Under the pieces are notes generated by a model. That model was not told the DNA's origin, did not search any database, and was given only the letters and a program-made list of their open reading frames with translations. From Lenisia limosa (taxonomy: Eukaryota > Protista > Breviatea), in contig LPNZ01011357.1 in NCBI GenBank assembly GCA_001655205.1, forward strand, positions 1 through 50,393: a stretch of DNA of 50,393 nt, written 5' to 3'. A program made the translations under genes and the position numbers. How positions within the stretch are numbered: position 1 is the first letter of the stretch; each line of letters begins with the position of its first letter. This document shows, one piece after another, positions 1-12,100 of the stretch.

Positions 1-350
1 ATACTCAATTGTTTCAGGGTTCTCCTTGTTGAATCGTGTGTATTTATTGCCACTACTCATTTTCTAAATGTGTTGAGTAAATACTGGCTTGATAGGCAGT
101 GATACAACCAAACAACCAAATAATTGACCATATTTATCAGAAAAAGAAAAATAATTCCAAAAAGATAGTTCATCCAAAGCTGAAGAGAAATTGTCATCCA
201 GCGGCCAAAACTTACCATTTCCTCTCCTCTTGTGTGATGTGTTTCCCATTCATAACCAGAATGCCGTCTGGAGGGAGCAACGCCTCTCGGAAGTCGGCCA
301 AGTGCTCCGCCCACTTCGCCTAAGCCCGTTAAGGGCGATCCCGGCATCAT
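1..350 (-). CDS. 5' part of an unknown protein gene running off the left edge
   Basis: ATG at 350 (MMPGSPLTG...HHTRGEEM), then a GTAAGT donor and a phase-compatible TTAG acceptor near 66 giving KMSSGNKYTRFNKENPETIEY, open to the window edge. An alternative frame (AKWAEHLADFREALLPPDG) cannot be excluded. No family recognised. Confidence 0.35.
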
Positions 351-448
351 TTTTAATATAATTTCAAATCAACACCAAATCTCTCCAAAAGTTGGCAAGT
401 GGCAAAAAAAAGTGTGGTCTATAGAAGTCTAATTTCGTAAGCGCCTTT

Positions 449-466
449 TCTGTCAAATTTGACAGA
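449..466. promoter_or_regulatory. Perfect 18-bp palindrome TCTGTCAAATTTGACAGA in a 214-bp divergent intergenic region
   Basis: The sequence equals its own reverse complement. It lies between ATGs at 350 (-) and 565 (+). The half-sites are TGACAG. Its function is inferred only. Confidence 0.55.
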
Positions 467-564
467 TTTCCAGCCTTTTAAATAAAAATTCCTATCACAA
501 TGGGCACCTTTCACACATACAGACCTGTACATTTGCTTGGGTCCTTTTCATTTTCTTTGATAAG

Positions 565-3275
565 ATGCCCATCTACATTTCTAGATCACATCCAACCCCT
601 TCTATCCCGGAAGACAGGATAGTTTCTGTAAAATGCTTGATTGTCACCACTCTTTTGGTGTTTTGCGCTATCTGCCTCACTGTTGCTCTTGTGACCGACT
701 CCTTTTCTGTCAAGGTCAACGACAACATCGAAGGCCCTACGCCCGCCATTGAGAAGATGGACACTATCTCCTTCAATCTTGAAGATACCTTGTTCCGTGA
801 TCTTTCTCCTGACGCCAAGGACCGATATGACATCGTTCGCAACACTTCTACTCCTGTCGATGTTCCTACCGCTTCCCTCCACTTCCAAGCCAACATTGCA
901 GTTCCGGAACCAAGTAGGGTGTTGATCAAATTTTTATCTAATGATCATGTTATCTTCGCGTTATTTACATTTCAGGCAGCATTTTGGCGTCCTACATTCC
1001 GAACGACTCATCCTTCTCCCGCTGGTTTGTTGGCTTTCTTTGTTCCCAACAATTCAACTTCTTTGTGTTTTTTTCTTTACATCTTAGTTGGCACTTAGTT
1101 TTCGAAGAAATGAAGTCCAGCTGCCGTGAAATGGAAACAAAAGACAGTGAGAAGAGACATTTTGCATGTAGGCTGGAGTGGTAGAAAAGTGCGTCATGCC
1201 CCCCCCCCCTCCATTTATGACATGCTTTAGACCGGCTTGCTGTTTGCCATATTGAATCAAGCGGTTTCTCGACTTCTTCTTGCGACTCTAGTGATTATCA
1301 GGTAAGAAAAAATATATTTTGTTTCAGAAGTTGTATCTTGTGTCCAGAGCTAATTGAGTAGAGCTGTATCTCCTCCCTCTGCGACAGAGACTTCCAAGTG
1401 TATTCCATGTTCTTTCAGCACACAACTGATGTGTAAGCTTGGTATTTCAAATAGTTTTTCATTTTAAACGGACAATTTTGACTCTTAACAGGTGCCACTA
1501 TGTTCAAGCAGAGTCTTTCCACTACGCCACTGAGAAGGCGGTCACTGACCTGTTGTCTTCTGCTTCGCATACCGCAGCGCAGCTTCAGTCCATTGATGCT
1601 CAGGTAAGAAATGATTGTTTAGGCAAATGTGATATTGTAGTCTTTTGAAACACTTTTGAATGTCGAGGCTGTTCAGGAAAAGGCGGACGTCATTTCAACT
1701 CAACAGGTGAGCAGATTTCCCGCTCGTGTTGTCTTTTTGGTTATGTATCCTCATTCTTCAGGCCAATTTGTTGACCCTCACGAATTCCCTAAACGATTCA
1801 ATGGTGGCTAATTTTGAGATGGCTGAAGAATCTGTAAAGATGATGTCTTCTATTACTGAATCACAAGTAGGTCACCTCAGCACTGCTTATCTTGTACCTA
1901 AAATGGGTTTTTTTACACCGTATAGGCTGAACTTTCTGGACTCGTTGTCACAATCAAAGAGTCACAAACTGAAATGCTTCATTCCCAAAAACAGTTTGTT
2001 GGTAGTATACGTGTTTTTGTTGCAACCTTTGTCTTCTTACTTTTCAGGCATGCTATTGAGGAAGCGAAGCGTTTTGAAACCACATCATCAAGTCTTGACA
2101 CAATTGACTCTCTTTCTAAGGAGGCTAGTATATCGCTTCGTAGCCTCTCCAAAGACGTGTCCCATGAACTCAATGAGCTGAAAATGGCTTTGGTTGGTCA
2201 GGTTGTTCAATCAATTCATGATTTCTTCTCGATGCTGACATTCCCAGGCTGAACAACGGCAGGAGACTCTGCGCATTGAAACAATGCTATCCGTTGCAGC
2301 TGCTGACCTCATGGAGCAAAGCTTAATGGTAAGTGTTTGAATTGTTATTACGAATTCACAGTTGCATATAATTGTTTCTCCATTGTACCATTGTATCAAA
2401 AGCTGACCTCTCAGGCTAAGCATGCACATGGTGACATTATGGAGGCGTTAGGTTCCGTCAAAAGCTTCCAAAACCTTATTCTTGGTATGTTTTCCTCCAG
2501 AATTGAGCACTTTACTCAAGGACTAAAGGGTGGACTTAGTTTCACCTCTTAGGCGAGGTTTACGACTTTAAATCCGTCGCGTTCTTTGTTATCAGCTTTG
2601 CATGTGGTGAGAGGGCGTTAATTGAGACATTCTTTTTGTGTTGCTTGTCCAATTAACCCTTATAGTCGTATTTATGACATCATCTGACGCACTGTCCCGT
2701 GCCCGCTTCCCTCTAATTGCCCTTCTTCTGGTCCAACTGGTTGCCGAGCGCTTCCTCCTTAGTTCTGGCGAAGTTCTCTACTACTTGGCCGTGATTGGTT
2801 GGCATCATGAATTTTTGTTTGTCTTTTTTTTTTATTGGTTGGCATCATGAATTTTTGTTTGTCTTTAATTTGGAATTTGTTTTGCATTTCTGACAACTCA
2901 GGAGCTTCCATTCAGCCTTATGCCATTGTCCATTTCCTCAGACAGGTTTGTGGGAGCTTATCTGATTTACTGCAACATAGTTCATATTGTTGTGTAAAGC
3001 TAACATTTTCAGTCAGTGTGCCTTGGAACATGCCTGTATCTCCTGTACTCATGGTGGACTTACGTAGCCCCCCACATTCTTCTTGCCCGTGTCAATGAAG
3101 GGCTTGCGTCTGAGCTGCGTTATCACTCCGCTCTCCTGAGAGACTTGAAGAAAGGTGTGCTGTTTTGATGTAAGTCTCAACTCATCATGTAGAACCCTGC
3201 CTTCCGTGGAAATCGGAGACAGTTGCTGTGCCAGTGGAGGCTGTGGCGCCGGTTCAGTTCAGACTTAGTTTATAG
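565..3275 (+). CDS. GEX1: GEX1/Brambleberry/Kar5-family nuclear envelope fusion (karyogamy) protein, about 14 exons
   Basis: The spliced product has an N-terminal hydrophobic signal/anchor, then the Cys-rich domain SRCWHLVFEEMKSSCREMETKDSEKRHFAYRLAVCHIESSGFSTSSCDSSDYQSCISSLCDRDFQVYSMFFQHTTDVCHYVQAESFHYATEKAVTDL. This matches the family pattern CW..C..LA.CH..SG..C..C..Y..F..+C..Q..F..E..+..L. Coiled coils follow (1660-2486), then three C-terminal TM segments (2550-3060) and a short tail ending in TAG at 3273-3275. All introns are GT-AG and phase-consistent. Confidence 0.85.
2794..2866 (+). repeat. Direct repeat, 2 x 33 nt (ATTGGTTGGCATCATGAATTTTTGTTTGTCTTT), period 40
   Basis: Identical copies at 2794-2826 and 2834-2866, separated by a T-run. 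The unit spans a GEX1 exon/intron donor (ATTG|gttggc). Confidence 0.9.
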
Positions 3276-3509
3276 GGGGATGGTATGGATGGTATGGGAT
3301 GTTATTTAAAGGTTAGTCGGTTTAATACAGTTAGTTATCAGGTTTTTCCTTCTGTGGCATCATATCCTAACTATTCAAGACTAATAACAGGATTTGTTAA
3401 CTATTCCGATAAAAGGACCATGGTCATCCCAGCTAACTGAATCAGACTATCTGAATAATACACACCTAGAAAGAAAAATGGTTCTACTTAAACTACAACA
3501 CCCACCCAT

Positions 3510-5900
3510 TTACTTCTTAACAACTTTCTTTTTCCTCCTCTTTGTTGGGGGAGGAGCCACAGGTATCGTCCGTTCAAAGGGCTTCAATCTAAATATGGTA
3601 ATGAATGTCATTAAACAAGATATTGCCACACAAGCAACTCCTTTCACAGGTTTCTCACATTGCTGAACCCACTAACACTTTCAGTCCGCGGTGCTTGATT
3701 TTCATTAGGTTTGAAGTTGCTGTTTGCGTGCGCGGGTGCTGGATACCCAAGATATCTTCGAATAGCGACTGTGCTTCCAAAAAGAACTGTCAGCGTTAAC
3801 TTTACTGGGACTACATATTTGAAGACTCCCCAACCCACATGAAGCGCAATGTCATATTCGGTCAGGGCATCAAGAGCGCATCCAAGGTTATTGAATGCAA
3901 CCTAACTCGTCAATATTGCATATGAACTTGAAGGGTGCAAATAAAGCGACAGTCAACCCACCGCAGTGTCCACATGTGTTGCACCAAGAGACATTTCTCT
4001 GAGGTCTCTGGTCTGTGCAAACCTAACATGTTAATGAGAGCCCTGAATTTGCCATACGCCCCTCTTAATCAATCCACTCCTTCTCCCACGCTTCAGAAGC
4101 CTCAGCAAAAGAGCCTTGATGGAAGAGTGCTGTTCCAATACAACTATATGGCAACGCAACTGCGAAAGTGGGTCGTAGTAAAAATCAGCAATCAAGGTGT
4201 TTCGGATTAGTTTTGAGGCAAAGAGATTCAATTACCTAATAATTCACAATATAAGAAGATGAAAGTTTATGATGAAAATAGACCGACCATCAGGATGCCC
4301 TGAGGGCAACTTCTGTGACAACGTCCGCGATTCCTAAAGAGTCAAAAATGCTTTGTGGCATCCAAACAAACCATAAAGTACTGGAGTGCAAGAGCGTCTT
4401 GGCAGTCGCTTTCATAGACCGACCCAATGTTGATCAAGAAAAACATTGCTGCTTCCACTGGCATGGACTGTTCACTAAATACAGTTACCCAACTCATTTG
4501 GCCTATTTCTATCCATCTATCCTTCAGTATCTTATCCCAGTCATCTATCAACACTTGACCATAAACCTCTGTCATACCTGAGTTCCACCCATTTGACCTG
4601 GGCCTCACGGTACGTTTCAATTGCAAGCTAAATAGTGACATTATCAAAACAAAACAAACAAAACAAACAAAACAAAAAAGAAACAAAGAAACACTACCAT
4701 AAGAAATAATCCCATTCTGTAAACAAGCCCACCGAAAAGCTCTTTGCCGTATGATAGACTCCAGCAGCTTCAATAAGACGCTCCACCATGGGGTGTGGGC
4801 ATGGGGGCGGGTAGAGAACCTCTCTAATTAGGCATGGCTGGAACGCCTCCGCCATTGCTTCTTTGTGCTATGTTGATAAGATCATTCTTGACTGGTATCA
4901 TGCAATCCACTATTAACCGACATACCTACTACTCCGCTATTCTTCTTTTGTTGAGCTTGTTACACGGAGAAGTACTAACGACTACAAATGGAGCAGTGGC
5001 AAGGAGGTAGTAGGTAGCTTTCCCTTTTCCCAGAAAATGTGATATTTGAATTAAGATAAGATTAAGATATGGTTTAAGCGGGCAAAGAGGCAAGGAGGCG
5101 TCCTATCTGAGTTAAAGGGCACTTCCGCCACCGCATTTAGGGCAACTGGAATTTTCTTTTCCGCTCCTTCCTCTTCCTCCTCCCCACCATATTGGGCAAG
5201 TAAGTAGAAAGAAGAAAATAAGAACACTCGCAGAGATATACTGAGCATACATTACCAAAGCAATGACGTGATTCTATCACTATGCCCGCCACTGGAGTTA
5301 CCTGGGATGCTTCGGCTTCTCCTGGGTTACCATCACTTCGCGTAGTATCTGGAGCGAAGTCGCAGCAGCCTCCAGCCTCACCACGCCATCGTGCAACCAG
5401 GCCACTCACCGCACCGATCAAGGACCCACAGCACTTCCGTGTCCCGAACCCTGGCCCTTCCCCCCGCAAAGTAAGCCAACCTACCAGTGTCTTGTCGTTT
5501 TGTTGTGTGCTGAAAAGCTGAAAAGCTGTAGAGCGGTTTTAGTCTGATGGTGTAGATAAATGTTTTGCCTCGTCCACGTATACCCCAAAGCCCTCGTCGA
5601 AACAGAGGTTTGGAGAGAATTAATGTCGAGAAGTAAGAGAATTAGTTTCCGTTGATGACATCATATTGTTGCTCCATGTTTTGTTTTTCTACTTTTAGGC
5701 TCTTTATTCTTCAGGCTTAAGCGTTCCAGACCTGCCAGCTCTGAGNNNNNNNNNNNNNNNNNNNNNNNNNNNNNNNNNNNNNGCATTCTCTTCCCCAGCA
5801 CCAGGACCTGCACGATGCCTTCAACGTAGGAATCCAAGGTAGTCTGATGCCTTTAGCGTCCTCCTGCTTCTCCCATCAGTGGCCCAGGTCTTTCTCTTTC
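3510..5900 (-). CDS. Tetratricopeptide-repeat protein (kinesin-light-chain/TPR_12-like repeats) with basic C-terminal tail; 5' end uncertain
   Basis: Spliced minus-strand exons read ...LINIGSVYESDCQDALALQYFM|ESRTLSQKLPSGHPD|VALPYSCIGTALFHQGSFAEASEA|FAQTRDLREMSLGATHVDTA|VAFNNLGCALDALTEYDIALH|FFLEAQSLFEDILGIQHPRTQTATSNL...|LKPFERTIPVAPPPTKRRKKKVVKK*, with the stop at 3510-3512. The HPD/HP.T/NNLG signatures are typical of 42-aa TPRs. Upstream exons to about 5900 are partly obscured by an N-gap at 5746-5782. Confidence 0.72.
4645..4690. repeat. (CAAAA/CAAA)n microsatellite in a TPR-gene intron
   Basis: caaaacaaaacaaacaaaacaaacaaaacaaaaaagaaacaaag. Confidence 0.8.
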
Positions 5901-6175
5901 AAGCCTCAAAGAATCAAAATTCCGTGGGTCAACTGTTTTCACTGTTTTCCATTCAATGATGTCAGTCTTTGTAAACAAGCCCTACCGGAATAAGCTTGAA
6001 TTTAATGCAACATCCTTTTTGGTAAAAATAGAAAAAAAACACAGAACTGAAACAAAGATAACGCCACAACGCTTAAAATCACAGATTTATCACATTTTGC
6101 GTTTTTTTTTTTAGTTCTGCGCCTTAAGGTCAATCGAAACCAGTAGCAAGCAATATTCAAGAAACATTTTATTTA

Positions 6176-9100
6176 ATGAATGCAGCAAATCCGGATCCCA
6201 CGCCAAACAGACGAGTCAAAGATGCAGTGGTGAAGTACGTCTTAGAGGTAGGCTTTCCAAGACAGAGTCTTTCTATTAATGAGTTTTCCCCTCTTGACAC
6301 CCTAGGATGTTGAATGGGAAAAACTTATTTTTGATTTGAAGACCACCAAGATTCCTCGAAAGTACCAGTCCATCAAGACAGCCCCGCTGCAGCAGGTTCT
6401 TGACTCCACCGGAGGCGATGTTGGCCGGGGCTGTTGTACCAATCGTATTGCTTAGCTTACTGTATAGGTGAATTATAACGACCGCACGCATTTGTGGGAA
6501 CAAGTAGTGTTTCCGAAAGTCATTCCAAGTGGCAGAGAAGAGGTTCTCCAGCTAGCAACCTGCCTTGAAACTATGCTGCAGCACGTCGACAATCAGTATG
6601 TCGATGCTAGGCCTGCTAATGCTTCAGGTGGACCATTCCTGAACTGGCGGACGAGGCTCTGGCTTTCGACTTTAAAGAAACTCTGGGTGCCGAGTTCGCT
6701 GTGTGGGATGCCGTGTTTGCTGAGGTTGGATTGGATGCATTATTGGGCAGGGGCATTATTCGTATCAAGGATAGATAATGGATACATGGAGCGTACTATC
6801 ATATGATCATATTGTTAACGGATGGTTTACTACTCAGGTTGGGCGACAAACAGCGGTGGAGTGTATTGAGCGAGCTGCAGTGATGATGCGGCTCAGACAG
6901 CGCCTCAAGGTACGATGTTGAGGGTTTATGTCACAATTCAGAGCTTCATGTCAGCCGCGGATAGTTTGGCCTCTCTTCTCCAGCTGGCCGTTCAGGAAGT
7001 CAAAAGCAGATGTATGATTGGAGTGATGGATTATTGCTAGGGCTTCACTTCGGTTCGAAAAAAAAGACAGAAATTCTTGATAAATCCTCGAAAACTATCG
7101 ATTTTACCGGTATTTTTCGAACCGAAGTGAAGACCTAATTAGCCCTTTTTGATCTCACACTGCGCAGTCCAGTATGAAATTTCAACGTGGGAGTCCGAGA
7201 AAGAAGATCTTGAGCACCAAGTTGAAGGACTACAGTAGGAGGCTTTGGTGTGTCTTTAGTTAACTGTTCAGGCGTGAATTAGCTGTGAAGTCAGCGCAAT
7301 ACACCACCCGATTAAATCAGGTGGAAAACAGTCTTGTCAGGGACAAAGCAGCCAAAATGTTTGTGTTCTTGATGGGACAGATTCCATTACCACAATGGTC
7401 ACACAGCAGGGACCTTGAGACGGAAGTGGCTCGACTCCGAGCCGCCCTAGCTGCCGCACAGCCCTCTTCTGATGTCTATGCCACCCCTCATGTTCGTGTT
7501 GTTTTTGGTGCTTTTCATTCCATACTGTCTTCTGACTTTTCAGCAAAGCTTCACCCGCCATACCGCTCTTCAGCACATGAAAATTACTGTAAGCCTTGTT
7601 GTGTGTCTCCATATATATCCGGAGTCGACACACAAATTTTACTGAATATGACTCCTTTCAATCCTGTTACGTGTTATAGGCAACCCATTCATCAGCTCCC
7701 CAAAGCCCCTTTTCCAACCACAGCCCCCGTGAGCAGGGATTCAAGAAAGGGTTTTCGAGCGTCAGAAGATTTTTATCAACGACCAAATGAACCAATGGAG
7801 GAATGCGTTATCTTGATGTCTGATTCTCCAGAATCCCTCCGACGAGATGCTATGATTCTTGACGAGTCACCCCGTGTGCTTGTTGACGAGTCAGCTACTT
7901 CAGGCCTTGTCATTGTCCAAATCAAACCTGGCGTGTTTAGATGTAGTCAAGGCTGTCAGACGGACAATGTGCTCCAGCCCTTGGCAACCCCCAGAATGGC
8001 TTCGGTCACCCCCTCTGCCCATAAGGCCACCATGGTAAGGGAGTATGGCTATACTATGAAGACATAAAGCATAAAGTGTTTTGTAATCGATATGCTTGAT
8101 AAACGTGATTTTGTGGACGGCTTCGACCTGGACTCGGTTCTTTATATTCTCTATAACATTTGCTAGGTGAGCCGAGTGAGTCAGACATTGGGAAGTGATC
8201 TCAATGATCTGAGTGAAAACAGTTTGGAGGCGTCCCTGGAAGCCGCCACATCTCAGGCTGGGCCTATTCTATCCCTGGCTTCCCGACAAGCATCATTCAA
8301 TACCATTGCTGCTGTAGTGAAGGGTGAGTCTCACTAACCCTATAGCCTCTACATGGGTATAAAACTCATTCTTTTTAGCGGAGGAAGACAATGAACAGAA
8401 CGAAAAGATTAGGCGTTTGTGGGATGAAAGGAATACAATCGAATGCCGTTGGTATATCACCATTCTTGAACTTGAATAGCAATCATATTTCCAGAGGCCC
8501 AAGCTGTCAGTCTGTGGTCTACTCTCCTGGCCCACATTTCGAAAGTTGAGGACATATCGTCACGCGCGATTGACGGTGGCGTTGGTATGTTGTCTATGCA
8601 TTTCTTATGTTTTATGCTTTAAAAAAAATGACCAAGAAATTCTTGAATCCCTGAAATTTTTGGTCTTTTCGGACTATATAATAGCCATTGCAGTTCATAT
8701 GCGCTCAGCTCTTGATTACCTTTGTTTACACTTTAGAAATTCCTGCTGACTTAGAAGAAGAGCTATCTCGTGATTTACCAAGCCAAGGATCGTAAGGGCC
8801 AACGGCTTTAGTCTCATTTTCAGTTCAATCAACAACAAGGGGTCGTCGTTCAGTGATATGTGCAGTGCAAAACTTACAGCTATTCGAGCTAAAATGTGCA
8901 TGAAATCGAAGACCCCGAAGGCCAAGCGCAACTCGGTAAAGGGTGCAAGAAGACCGCTGAGTCGAGCCATGAGTGGAAGTGTGCGGTCGTTGCCTGGTGT
9001 GAGGGAACCGTCCAGTCAAGAATGCCAAGTATGTTGTGGTGACTAATTTTAACAATAAAAGGTGAATATAAAAAAGTTAGAGGGGATGAAAAATCTTTCG

Positions 9101-12100
9101 TAAAGAAACACATCACTGACCTTTGAAGTGGAACGCCGACGACGCCCGCAAGGCTGGGTGGACTGGCGCTCTTCCTTCACACGAGTGAGTTTCTTGGTTC
9201 TGTAGCCATGTAACGCTGTAGTCATGATGAGCTAACAGCAAAATGGCGTGCTGGTATGCCCGAAGATGAGCCTGTCAGAGACCCTGGGTATGTCGTGTTC
9301 CCTTTGTTGTCACCCAGCAGTGCACGGGCACCAAGTAGTGAGAGAATTTCTCGGCACTCCAGCGACAGTGAGAGACGACTCAGTAGGCACCTCTGACTTT
9401 CTCACTGTTAAGATGAATCTTCCTTTTCGCCGATCAGAGAAACCTCCGACTCGAAATTGGAGGTTGACTATTCAAATATCACGGGTTATGGTAGGCATGA
9501 CAACAAAATATTCCGGCGGTCTTGTAAGACGAACGTTGACCCCTTTAGGCCCTTCAGATGCTGACGACTCGAAACCAATACAGCCAACCAAACCAACGTG
9601 TCCTTCCACATCCTGTAAATGTGACTTTTTTCCGAGGAATACTCTTTATTAGTCATTTCATCTTGTTTGGCCCAGTTTAAACTGACCCTTTAGCACCCTC
9701 TGAAGTTGTTGCCTTAAGCCATTCAGCTGCTACCTCACCCGTACCATCTGGTGAGTCTCCATCTACTCGAAACTACGTTTATTCTTCCCAACACCTTGGC
9801 TCCTTATTTCCAGGGGTTTCAACGCCACGTCGCGGCCGGTTGTCGTCATCCAATTCCCTTTTCGGCGTATCGGATGCGGACGAACCCATAAACGAAGCTG
9901 AATCGTGGGCAAACGGCGTGACACTTCGCTAAGGTTTCGTCAATTGTTCAGTCATATTTTGTTGGCAAATTGTAATTATTCAGAAGGGAAGCTGAACTTG
10001 GAAGCGAGGCCAACAAGCAGCAGTTTATCACTGTTGGTCACTGTCTCTTGTCTTCTCTTTGACCGTTCAGGCTCTTCGATCCAGCACGAACTTACTTGTC
10101 GAGTCCGAGAAAGCCAACCAAGACGTCTCATCCACCCTTGCACGTGTGGATGATGACGAGGAGATGGAGGGTCAAGAAGAGCATGTCGCCGCCAAAGCTA
10201 GCAAGTCTCTGGTAAGGACGCGGCTTCCTTTCATTCTGTAGCACTCTATCCAGGCGGTCAGCGAGGTCAAAATAGTCTCGCTTGGCGAGCTACCTGAAGC
10301 AGGAGTGGTGATATCGCATGACAAACGCGAAGTCAAGGAGTCACCGCGTGTTCTTGGCGGTCCCGAAGCCGCAGTACCTCCGTCGGCCATCTCTATCGAC
10401 NNNNNNNNNNNNNNNNNNNNNNNNNNNNNNNNNNNNNNNNNNNNNNNNNNNNNNNNNNNNNNNNNNNNNCTGTCACCCCCCATGTTGCCCAACTATAAGG
10501 TTTGTCCACTTCTTGTTGGAAAGGGTAACTTAGCAGGACGATGGCTTGACGCCCTCACGCACGACCTCGATAAGCGGTTTGTAAGTGCCTGCTTTGTGCA
10601 GTCGGTTCCGTTTTAATTCTCACTGCCTAGGTCAAGATGATCATCTGAGCCGCGGCTTTTCCGACCTGTCACATGATGAACAACTCCCAGTTGCACGACT
10701 TGAGGCTGACGATATTCAGGGACTACAGGAAAGGAAAAACGTGGTGAGAATCCTTGGCTATTGGACCTTTCCTCTCCCTATCTCTCTTTTCACTCATTTG
10801 ACCCTTTTGCCATTCCAGCCTCCAGCCCAGAAGAGGCGACACAGCATCGCCACGATGAGCAGCTTCCTTGTACTGAGAGAACACGGCCACTTGCCGTCTG
10901 ACCAAACCAACCATATCCAAAGCATTGTTGATGCGTCTGAGGTGGGGGTACTGTACTTTTGAACTTCTTATTAATTTCGACGGCNNNNNNNNNNNNNNNN
11001 NNNNNNNNNNNNNNNNNNNNNNNNNNNNNNNNNNATATTGACCTTTATATCTCTCTTGCCATAGTCTTCATCAAAGAACGAAATATCTGAAAGTCTGAAG
11101 AATCCCCTTGAAGATAAGGATCACGACTCAGGTACGGGTTTCTTTTGTCATGACCTCCCCCAGACAGTTCCTCCTCTGATGAAGAGGCGACCTTGCCTAA
11201 GGGCGAACCAATTTCTCCCAAAGCATGGAGCAAAAAAGAGGTACGCTGTTCATTGCTATAACTCTCCAGGGGCTGGTTCGAGAAAATCGGTCTTCAAGTG
11301 TTCCCCGCTTGCCTGCCATCCCGAAGCGCCTTCTTATACAAAGGGAAACCTTGCGACTTGCTAAAGGTGCCCCTCCCTCTAACTTTTGGTCATGTTTTAA
11401 CTCCTCAGCCTCTACGAAGTCCAAAAAGGTCGAGCCCGTTTTGGGCAGTTGGAGATCGCAGTTTGCTGCAGTTGGAGGGCCCAACAAACCAGGATGATAT
11501 TGCTATTCCGGAATTTGCCTGATCCCCTCAGGCATTGTCCCGCTCGTCCACTCCGGACAGCCGCGTCCGTCAGTACGGCCAGAGCTCCACCATCGCCTCG
11601 CCCCTCGCGTCGGTGCTGAGTCTGCCAGATTCGCACTCCGAGTTGTCGCGGCGGTCGACGAAGCACGGCGGCGCCTCCTTCAAAAAGTGGGTTGTTTGCC
11701 GACTGAATTGGTGACGATTCAGACGTGAGGCGCGGACGTTCAAGGCCCGTAGCGAGCTGTTGTCCTCTATCATGGCGCGTCTCAAGGTATGCAAGAGACT
11801 TGTTGTGATTTCTTCAGGACACAAAGCCCAAGTCGTTAGCGTGGCTTCTCCGCATGATTCGGGACATCTTCAAAGACAAGGTAGGGAACATGTCACTGGG
11901 TAATTGGGTATAGGACCAAAATTAACTGCCTGGCTTATTTTTTGAAACAAGGATGACTCTGGAATAGGAGAGACCAAAAACACGTTGCCCGCTTTACCCC
12001 CCCCCCCCNNNNNNNNNNNNNNNNNNNNNNNNNNNNNNNNNNNNNNNNNNNNNNNNNNNNNNNNNNNNNNNNNNNNNNNNNNNNNNNNNNNNNNNNNNNN

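Noticed and set aside
3394-3666. Plus-strand ORF with a signal-peptide-like hydrophobic stretch
   Set aside because: It is antisense to the Lys/Arg-rich last exon of the TPR gene. AAG/AAA codons read as Leu/Phe on the other strand.
3720-3920. Possible Cys-rich transposase fragment (plus-strand frames with stops)
   Set aside because: Fully explained as antisense of TPR exons. There are no TIRs and no DDE motif.
4095-4175. Insulin A-chain-like string KRALMEECC on the plus strand
   Set aside because: The Cys spacing is incomplete, and the region is a clear TPR exon on the minus strand.
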